Source: Mizuhopecten yessoensis (taxonomy: Eukaryota). Taken from it: a stretch of DNA of 64,000 bases. A program made the translations under genes and the position numbers. Position 1 is the stretch's first letter. Every line of letters starts with the position of its first letter. The notes beneath the pieces are model-generated. The model made no database searches, was not told the origin of the DNA, and was given only the letters and a program-made list of their open reading frames with translations. The stretch is from positions 1,106,145-1,170,144 of the forward strand of contig NW_018403543.1 in NCBI RefSeq assembly GCF_002113885.1, given 5' to 3'. Shown here one piece after another: positions 48,619 to 59,201 of the stretch.

Positions 48619-49619
48619 GGAAAACTAATAACGCGTTAAATATCCGGATATATCAGATAATCACTACAATATCCACAAGATATTATGTAAAATTATATTT
48701 GTGTGTTTCAATTATACAAATAATAAAAAATGAAATGTAGCAGAACAATCGTCTTTACTGAAAATATTTTTTATAGCCGTTTCTCTTTTTTTTTTCATTT
48801 TTGTTGTGCTTTTGTTTCTTAATGCGTTTTTTTGTTCATTTATGCCCACTGTGATATTTTTATATGATATGTCGTAAGAATAACTCATCAGAGCTAATAT
48901 TTCATCATATATATATATATACGACAAAAATACATTTTCTTGTATCTTGTATCTTGTATGCCATGAAAATCAAGTCGCACACTAATATAACTTGTATTAT
49001 TTTGGGCGTTATAGCTTTAATCGATTTTAAACTGAAGTATATGTACTTGTTAACAAAGGTGTTAAGGTTTCAGATTTTGGCTTAAGCATACAGGTATTAT
49101 TAATTTTTAACAAGCATGTGGATTATATCACCTAATCTAAGGTCCATGGGACTTTGCTGATCTGCATGCAAGACAGATAGGGATTATTTTAATAGAAAAT
49201 ACCAGGAGCATGCGGGGTCCCTTAATTGACCATACGATAAAAATTCACCTATACGGAATGGATGTTCAGTGTTTGATTGTATAATTAATGTGTGCCAGAG
49301 TTCTGACGTTAATCGACGACAGACCGATATGAAAAAAGTCGATAAAACGTCAGAATAATTCGGACTAGTGACCGGGATACTATTTATGAGGGGTACTGGC
49401 CATGGGTCGGTAGTAAAACAACCGGTATCTCCTAGTTCTTACCACTAGAGTCTGAAATTCTGTCAACAATACGAACAATAGTAATATCAATAAACCCTAT
49501 GTAATACGCTTATCTATTTTAAGTATATAGTAGGGGTAGTTATTATCATTAAGACTCCCACTAACACTACAGTAGGCACAGATACGTAATACGTTTGTTG
49601 ATTTACACTTTCCATGATG

Positions 49620-51072
49620 GAATCTCAAAAACCAATTGTTGCTCCAAGTGTAACATTATCTCCACACCAAACACACGTATCAAAACTAAAAGCACTTTAA
49701 AATTCCACAACCACATAATACCACAAGTAGACTCCAGTCTATACCTAGGATTAACATTACAGAGCAATGTCCAATGGACACCGCACATCAACATCACCTC
49801 CGATGCAAACAAATAACTAGGATTTCTAGAACGTCACTTGAAAATATACCCCCAATATATAAAAGAGCATGCATACAATGCAATGGTCGGACCCAAACTG
49901 GAATACCACTCTTCTGTATATGGGTCCCACATAAACCAAAACAAGAGAAGATACAGTGCAGAGCAGCACGATACGGTCTCAACACATACCGAAATACAAG
50001 CAATCTAATTAAAATTATATCTTCACATCGCTCCCGTTTACTGATATATCGCGTTGAAGATCTAACAACATCCCGTAGAGGGTCATGTTCAGGCGACCTT
50101 TGCATTAACCAATCAGATGAGAGCTTACGCATTTCTGTAAGTGATGATGTAATGATTTCGGAACACACTTGCTATGATAAAAGACCGAGAGGTGTCAAAT
50201 GAGCATCGAAAATGGCGGCGCCCATGACACCACGCCGTGTCTATCTACAAGACAACGTTTGTACAATTTGTGGATTTTGCTTTGAAATAAGAGAGACTTC
50301 CTCTTCTGGTTACAAAGTTTAACAACCTGAAACTAAAATTAACCAATGACAGGCTTCGCAATATTCAAACTATCACTGGACCAGACGAAAAAGTGGATTT
50401 TGGGCTACGAGGTGTCTGCATTAAATGCTACAGGTCCTGCTTTCTAATTGGTTGAAAGAAAGAGTTATGTCGCGTTTTGATTGGCTTGTTATAAATACGA
50501 TAATGCATTCATGTTGACCTCTGACGTGACCGTCTATGGGATGTTGTTAGATCTTCAACGCGACATATCATCAGTAAACGGGAGCGATGTGAAGATATAA
50601 TTTTAATTAGATTGAAATACAAGCTCAATACAAACTGACCATCACGGATAAAAGAAACGAAGACTGCAAACTAAACTTATACTATTCTACAAAATTATAC
50701 ACCATCATGTTGCAATAGACCACAGCACAATCCCCTTACCAACAGACCCAAAAAACAAGACATGCACACTCCAACAACTGCAAATACATTTCTGCTACCA
50801 AAGATACATGCAAATTGTCATTTTCCACTTACACCACAACACAATGGAGCCTCATACGTGTAACAGCAGTACAGTATTAGGACTTCAAGGCCAATATCCC
50901 CTCAACAGCCCTCACATCCGCATCATAAACACACCTACATTTTTACCCTCTTTTATTGAACTTTAAAAGAAAAAAAATCAATGTAGTATCTTTCACGCAA
51001 TGCAGTCAACCAAACATGATATTGACGTAGACGTCAAAATTGACGACATCACTAATTCAGAAGAAGAGAAGA
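49620..51072 (+). mobile_element. Decayed LINE 3' portion (RT C-terminus), interrupted by a DNA transposon
   Basis: YLGLTLQSNVQWTPHINITSDANK*LGFLERHL...AYNAMVGPKLEY...EKIQCRAARY. The remnant resumes after 50623 and ends in an agaagaaga tail. Confidence 0.7.
50001..50614. mobile_element. Mutator-like non-autonomous element with TIRs of about 90 bp and a 9-bp TSD
   Basis: caatctaattaaaattatatcttcacatcgctcccgtttactgat... and its reverse complement. TSD aaatacaag at 49992-50000 and 50615-50623. Confidence 0.88.
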
Positions 51073-52922
51073 CAGTTGAGGGTAGCATCTGTCGGAAACG
51101 GCCCTAATCGTTCTGAGGTGCTGCTTCCCTCATGTTTTGTTATTCTACACTTCGCGATAGCCCGAGTTTCCACTGGCCCTAACACCAGACTAAGACATTT
51201 TGTCATATGGCATAGATGTCTGGTGTGTCTAAGTCTGTAGTTATGGCCAGAGGAAACTCGGACTAGCTTCGCGAATGACACGGACAAATTCGATTATTGG
51301 TTTGCGGTAATTTAGTAAAACTCTGTGATAATATTTTTCCTGAACCTGAGCTGATATTAATTGTATAAGTAAAGGCGTTGATGTATTTGTGACTTATGAC
51401 CCCCAGGAACGTCCATGGTTTAAAGATTGAAGATTACAAAGGAGGGACATCTGACTTCAAAGCCGGTCAAGAACGAATTAGAAATAGGAATCGGTTACGT
51501 GTACATACGAAAACTCTTGAATCTGTGTTTGATAAAACCTTATAGCACGGATTACATCCGTTGCAAAAATTGTCAAAAGTCCAATCCGAAAGGTTACTAG
51601 AGAACATGAACCTGGTTTGCAATAAACTGCCACTGATCTTTGCCTGTTGTCATTTTGGCTTAAATCAAGGCTTCCGTATTTACGTATCGGAGTTTTATTT
51701 TGTATCGAATCTGAGTCAATAACAGGTATACAGGACATTATGTTGGGAAATTAAGATTCGTAGAGTGATGTATCAAGAAAAACTCGGACACATATAACGG
51801 ATATGAAAATGGTATATTTTCTGTAAATGACATTGTGATGCGGAAATATCTTCCGGGCTGAAGTCATCAACATCCTCCCCTGTAAATGAAAGCGGAAGTA
51901 TTAGTGTTGTGACCGGTCATTTGCACTCTTTAATTGCTTACCAATTGTAACATACGTTTTCGAAAGCTTGTAACATACGTTTTCAATCACTGTTTTTATT
52001 CAAACCAACTGAGTCTTTATTCATTTACCTATTTTCAATAGGGGCAGCGTGTTGTGGCCTTGCCGTAAGAATACATATATCTATTGGAAAACGAGAGAAT
52101 TATCAAGCGCGCTTGTGTTTTTTATGCCTCCAGTTGTCTACTATTTACGCATTTTAGTTGGAGGGAATTGTTTATAAGATTGCAAACCGTAAACAAGTTG
52201 AAAATAATACAAAATGAAGAAATATTTCTCGCTTGCAGATTCCGTACTCACCTACACGTAGCGTAACAATTGTCGGTCATGAAGGTAGCATAGGCACTGC
52301 GAGGCGAACAGAATCCACGCTGTTTCTGGTCCTCACAGTAAGACTTAGGATAGGCGTCTCCACATGGCACTTAAACAACAAATCAACAACGACATTCATT
52401 TCAAAAGTTCGATAGGTAAAATGTAAAAATCCTATCATATTGACAAATATTTTTCATCAATCGTTGATGATGGTATGTAGATGTGGAAGATTTTCTTGTA
52501 CTTCACAGAATGAATGTTTGTAATATGATTTATTCATAATTTTTGTTATTGCGTTTACCTCTGGTTTCAAACAGACACCGATTACAAAACTACAATAAAT
52601 GTAACTTTATATACATGTGCCCTTTGAAGCCTTGTTTTATCGTTCACAATGATTGCCAACATACTAGTGAAAGGAATTTCGTTTTTCTCACCTATGTTGA
52701 CTATTGAAATGTCCTAAAATGACGTTTCTTATACCCTTAATTATTCATTATTTTGATTTTTGTTAGGGACAGAAGTATTTGCTTCTGTTTCTTTAAAAAA
52801 AATTGTGATTGACTATAATATAGATCACAACCCTCTACGATATCCATACACTGATTTCCGATTGCCGCGCCCTAGATTTTTTACATGTATCATTTAGACG
52901 CCAGATTCAAACTACTAATTGG

Positions 52923-53421
52923 GTTGACATTATTTAGATACAGAGGTCTTTTGTCACGCATACCTTCAGTGGGGGTGGGTATCGGTGACATTATTTATAT
53001 ACAGAGGTCTTTTGTCACGCATACCTTCAGTGTTGGTGAGTATCGGTGACATTTTATAGATACAGCGTTCTGCTGTCACACCCTACCTTCAGTGGTGGTG
53101 AGTATCGGTGACATTATTTAGATACAGAGGTCTTTTGTCACACCCTACCTTCAGTGGTGGCGAGTATTGGTGACATTATATAGATACAGAGTTCTACTGT
53201 CACACCCTACCTTCAGTGGTGGTGAGTATTGGTGACATTATATAGATACAGTGTTCTACTGTCACACCCTACCTTCAGTGGTGGTGAGTATCGGTGACAT
53301 TATTTAGATACAGTGTTCTACTGTCACACCCTACCTTCAGTGGTGGTGAGTATCGGTGACATTATATAGATACAGAGTTCTACTGTCACACCATACCTTC
53401 AGTGGTGGTGAGTATCGGTGC
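52923..53421. repeat. Minisatellite of about 62 bp, about 8 copies
   Basis: gtgacattatatagatacagagttctactgtcacaccctaccttcagtggtggtgagtatcg repeated. Confidence 0.95.
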
Positions 53422-54482
53422 CAAATGTAAGTCGTCCCTGCTGATAAAACCCATCTCTAGCAGTGTGGTGACGTACTTCTGTGTCGCCATACTCATAGCC
53501 TCCTAGAGCGGTCATACACAAAATAAGACAATGTTTAAAAGAACAACGAGAGTTTTGAGTATAGATGTGTTGACAACTTGACAAATGCCGTTTATAATGA
53601 TAAGAAATCCCTATATTCGTACGGCCCTGCCTGTGTGTATGTAAATGGAAATATACTTTCAAGGAAAATTGGTGTACCTTCACCTAAAAAAACAGACAAA
53701 AAAAACCAACCCTCTTTCCAATGTTTAATAATAATGCCAAGTTTCCTCAATTCTGATACAAAACTCCTTATGCAACTGTATTTGTGCTTTTGTAAAAAAA
53801 CCTTATGATCATCATTTGACTTTCATTCTTAGGAGGCAATAAAGGTGAACATAATGCAATCCTAAGCGTGCCACTCTTTGACCACCGAAATCGTAAAAGA
53901 CAACAGATGTGGATACCTTACTGTGCATTCCACTATTTCATGAAACAGCTCTTTGGCATAATTCAACGAATACTTTATTTCAACAATATTACAAAATTGA
54001 TAGCTCATTTAGTTACACTCGTAGGTTAGTTCTGGTAGAAGATATTTAAATGAAATTTGTATGGTGTCATCAATAATAACATACAATTAAGACGTTTGTA
54101 CGGTACCTACAATAATAATGTAAGAGGAATTACGTTTTAAAGACGTCTATAATTATGTACGACGAGTTCAGTTTTTACGACGTCTTCAATATTTATGTTT
54201 GATAAAAGATTTTCTACGACGGCATCGATAATAACGTAGAGGAATGATGTATGCACGACTTCTATAATAAAATAATGTTCGAGGAATAATATTTGAGCGC
54301 CGTCATCAATTAATACTTAGGAGTAATAACGTTTGAACATTCGGCAAAGATGCAGAAATAACTTTAAATTTTATCCGAATTGATTTTGCGATAGATATAT
54401 CTTACGTTATAGCATGTGACATGTCCCGGTGTGTGATTCTATGACGTGTCTATTGTAGTAGAATGCTGTATGCTTGAGAAAA

Positions 54483-56299
54483 TTATATTATATTTACTGT
54501 CTTAAATGTATACGAATAATCGTTTACAACTCGGAGGAATTTAGAATCGTGCATGAAGGTGCAGCTTAGAGGGTTGGGAAGGTAACATTGAATTGGTTCA
54601 AAAGTCCTTACGTCTACCGTGGCACCTGTCCCGACCACTGTTATCCCACTGGCCACGTCTTGTATAGACACGGTGTTACCTGTAGCATGGAGCCTAACAC
54701 CTCGTCCAAGGACAGTGTGCTGGAGGAGAGGAGATAATTCCGTGACAAATGTTTAACAATAACAAAATCGATACGTTAAACGTCTTGTTCAAGCTATTCT
54801 TAATCTATTCTACCCATCAGAGATAATTTGATAATCGCAATCTACAGAGTGGTTTTGATTTCAGACAGCCACTAGAGCAAAACGTAAGCGATATATTGTA
54901 ATCTGTCTGTAAACAATTTATGAAGGAAATTTTCAGTAATCAGTTTATCTATTTTCATCTTGCTGAAGCACTAAATGTTGAATACTTCTAGATAACAACA
55001 CGTACGTAGGTAGGGCTTGCAAAGAAATGTAATCTATATTACAATTAACCTGATACAAGTTTTATACTTCATCTGTAGCTAAACTATTCTACTTACAAAT
55101 GGATGGTTGCCCAACATGTTTTCACTAAGATATGACATAAACTGCGTCTCAAGTTGCACAATTCCGTCAGTCAATGGAGCAAGGAATACTGATGCCGCGC
55201 CGGCCACCGGGTTCACCGCCGCAAGGGCGGCACTGACAGCCGCTGATACCGCCGACGAACCCCCTGCTGTCGCTGATGACTCTCCTCCTGTTGAGTGTGA
55301 CCCACTTGTCGCATGCGATCCTCCTGTCACTGGTTTGGGTGTATGTAAATGGGTTGACATTCCAGTCCTCCTTGTGTCTCTGGCTGTTCCCAATATTTTA
55401 GCAAGACTTCGGAAGTCATAACTATACACGCCACACACAAATAGTGCCAATATGTAAACTACAAAAACACAGCAAAGAGGTTCAGAAGTAAAATGTTACG
55501 ACTTGAATGAATCAGTCTTATGAAAAAAGATCAAAAGAAATAATTGAACTAATGCTTATTGGGTTATTTTTTACAGGAATGTTGTTAACATGGGTATCTT
55601 TATTAATTAATTAAATTAAAGTCTCAAAGTTCACAAACAAACAAAAATCCCCAGGAAAACATTAAATAAAACCTTCGTAATTTGAATGTGTTTACTGTAT
55701 ATACTTGTATATTATTTATATATACATTTTACATACTCGTTTTTGTTTGTAAACATATCTACTCAAACAAATGCAATTTTAATTAAACGAACTTCCCACA
55801 TATTTTTGTCTAAAGTTCTCGCTATTGTTAACATCATCACACTTTGACCTACTCATCACACTAGCTTACTAGGTTCTTATAAATGTAAATGTGACGGCAT
55901 TATAAAGAAATCAACACGAAAATAACTCCTGTAAAATCCTACAATCACAACGCTTCTATAATAAAAACAAATATTTCATTAAGCGTTTCAATCGTAACGC
56001 TTAATTATACAAAAAAAGTTTATGATTTTAAGCAACGGATAATGTAACACATTAAGCGTTTTTTGTACACTAAGCATTGTCATTTAGCGCTTATCTCGCT
56101 AACACCTTTCTATAACTATACTCGTATAGGTTAGAAATGATCCACCAAATGTCATTTTCTTTACTTTACAAACTTGTTTGTATCGACCGTTGTTACCCCT
56201 CTTCTCCCTGTGCGTCTACATAATCAAGTTTGTTTTTTTAAAAGTTGAAAATCTGTTGAAAATTAATTACGTTTATGACGTCTTACCTGTCAACCTCAT
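54483..56299 (-). CDS. Uncharacterised secreted protein with Gly/Ser/Ala-rich low-complexity segment (3' end uncertain)
   Basis: Exons (minus strand): 56299-56287 (MRLT+g|gtaaga), 55458-55097, and 54719 to either the stop at 54483 (203 aa) or a donor at 54612 (gac|gtaagg). Phases 1 and 0 are consistent. Signal-peptide-like MRLTVYILALFVCGVYS is followed by TGGSHATSGSHSTGGESSATAGGSSAVSAAVSAALAAV. TATATAA (56352-56358) and TCAGTC (56331-56336) lie upstream; AATAAA at 53974-53979. Confidence 0.75.
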
Positions 56300-56772
56300 C
56301 CTGGCAAGCCTTGTCACTGGGCTATCTATTGACTGAACTATATAAACACTCTTATATATCGCTGGGATCTGACAACTGATAAACTGGAAGGCCTAAGTAA
56401 GACTCTCGTCGAAACGAAACTTAACATTGTTTTGTTGAAACAAAAAATTTGTGTTCAATAATTATGGCAAAGAATTAATTGATATAGTTTCTGGTATATT
56501 TCCATGCTGCTAATGATTCTTTGTAATTTACTGTCCCGAATTCTGTATGTTAGAAAATGAAAGAATCAATAAAAAATGTAACCAATACATTTATTTCTTA
56601 GGATATTTGTGAAATTCCAATTGGTAAAATTCATTTTTAACATTTTTAACAATATGTTCAAACAACGAACGTCTAAACGGATATCACGTGAGAAAGGTTG
56701 TGTGTGTAGCGTAAGGCTTGATAAGAATTATAATCGTATCCTGTACATTACTTACAGAGTAAACTATTAAAG

Positions 56773-58045
56773 ATGAATGCTCTGCTCGTTCTGAGTGTTG
56801 TTGTCAGCCTCTTCTGGACCACAGTCGGATTCACAGTTAAAAGGACAGGCGATAAGTATGATATTGAGAAGTCCATTTTTTTATATTTTTTTTTGCTTTC
56901 ACAGCCTTTCACAACAAATCTGTTGTCATTAAGTTGATATTGATCGGGTTTCTCAGCCTTGTACGATGCATTGCTATGATGATATTGGGGTTAATTGTTT
57001 GTTTGGATATCATAAATGAGGTTTTACCAATGGAAGTTTGTTATATAGCTTTAATGATAGACGGGACTTTCAGTTACTGTTCTGCTTTTTGTTCTTAAGT
57101 TCCAATTGGTGCTGTGAAGTGGAGCCGACCATCTCGTCGTCCAATTTCACTTCGATAGAAATACACCAGTTTACGAAGGTGATCTGGGAGGAGAAAGAAG
57201 GTCCTGTTCATCAATGTGAGCCGGGTGAGGACACGACTGTTGGACTGTTCAGCTGGGACTGCCAGAGCATGGTGAACGTCTCCAGGTCAGCGATTTACTT
57301 AATACATTACGGCTGTAAAGAACAAAGGGCTTTGTTTTAATAACACAGTTGTTGTTCTGATAGGAACAATAATTAGATACATTTTGTGTTTTGCAATTTT
57401 CTTTATTTTTGTTATTGGCAAATGAAAATACTTTTCTCGAAACGATTTACAAGAGGGAATATTTTCTCAATACAAATGTTGCGTATTAAATATTTGCTGT
57501 TAATTTTAATTGTCCTCTTGTTAGATATTGTAATAGAAACTCGTTTTAAAGTGATTTAGTTTAATTCTAGTAACTATAATATGGTATTCTTTTAAAACAT
57601 TTATTTCTATTTTTCCCGATACAGGACAGTGACCACATACCAACAGGTGCCCGTGGTAAAACCAGTGATACAGCAGGGCGTGTGTCCCACGGAACACCTA
57701 GTGTGTTGTGAGGGTTATGTCAAACACCAGGACCAATGTCTAAGTAAGTTACTAGCGCGCATTTTACAATAACTGCTCGCGATTGCTGTAATATCACAAC
57801 GGTTATATTGAAATGAATTCCATAGAATTAGACTAGTATAATAAAAGTGTTGGCGTTTTTTCTATAAAAAAACATCATATTTTTTTAACGATACTGATTA
57901 GTTAAGCATGTTATATTAATGTAGGAATTTTAACATATTTTAATATACTGCAGTTACGGCTGTTGATTATATCAAATGTTTTTCTACAGAATCCTCTGCC
58001 ATTAATTCCCTCCAGGCCCTCATCGACGCGGGATTGATTGGATAG
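56773..58045 (+). CDS. Secreted cysteine-rich EMI-like protein, paralog A, 4 exons, 147 aa
   Basis: Exons 56773-56855, 57100-57285, 57625-57743, 57990-58045 (phases 2,2,1; 444 nt). MNALLVLSVVVSLFWTTVG signal peptide; NWCCEVEPT...HQCEPGEDTTVGLFSWDCQ...VCPTEHLVCCEGYVKHQDQCLK...DAGLIG*. AATAAA at 58086-58091. Confidence 0.85.
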
Positions 58046-59201
58046 TTTCTGGCAATCAATTCAATGTCATATATAAAACGTTGGAAATAAAATCACAAAA
58101 ATATATCCATGTCTTTGTTTTTTTTCTCTCTTTCAATCTTGATATATCTATTTCATTCAAATTTATCAAATATTGAATTAAATGCATAAAATGTATTTAG
58201 CAAAATCAACAGTACATATCTTAACACAAGTGAATTTGATTTCTATAGAACAGAATTAGTACACAGACCTCCAGGTATATAGAGATTTTACAACTGGCTA
58301 GACAGTAAAACGAAAGTGGAAAGACATCATGAATTATCACTATTGGTGCTGAGCGATTTTGTTGACAACTGTACAAGCTGACTGTCTTGAATTGATATGA
58401 TGAGAACAAGTCCAACTATGCTGAAAGGGAAACCACGTGACGCAATGAGCGCTTTCTGCACCACATATTGCATCCATCACGACGTTTTCGGTCAAATCTT
58501 GTATGGTATATATGTACACCACCGACATGAAAAGTCGACCAACTGTTAAGTAGTTTGCTTAATCAGATTATTATTACGAATTTATTATCGATATAAAATA
58601 TACGTTTTATTTATACGTTTTATATGTTTCCCAATTTATACTGCGGTTTAAGATAACGTTCAATCATATTACGTCGGCGATCTAACCACACTTTCCATTG
58701 ATTAATAATCATACAGTATCGAACAATGCACACGCACGTGCATGGTTTATTTGCTTAATGCACGTGTGATGTTCGTCCACAAGCCTCTCGTGCTTTTGAA
58801 AAAAACTCGTTTGGAGGGGCAAAATATTACATAAGCTATGCTTGGGTTGGATTGTCAGCCTTGCTCATAGAAGCAACAAGATTACCTTAGTCATTCAGCC
58901 TATTAGACACAAAAGCACAATTCATTATATGTAGTATACTAGTAGATATAATCAATATGTGTTTGATTATTTTGATGGAATTGATAGATTTTCGGATTGA
59001 AAAATGTTGGAAGCAGTAAAAATTGCATCGTTAAAAAGTTTTACAAGAGAATTTACTTGTTGCCCAATACATTTGAACTTGAAATGTCCTCCTAGCTACG
59101 CCTTATCTGTTACAGTTCGTGAAATTCGGTGAAAATGTCAACTGATAATGAATTCGGCGAATATGTTTCTCTGTTTAAGCTTGAAATCATAAACATCGGA
59201 T

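Noticed and set aside
48480-52500. WDR83 head-to-head with WDR83OS as in mammals
   Set aside because: I could find no WD40-like exons; the region holds LINE and MULE remnants.
55107-55421. 104-aa plus-strand ORF
   Set aside because: Antisense shadow of the GC-rich exon of the minus-strand secreted gene.
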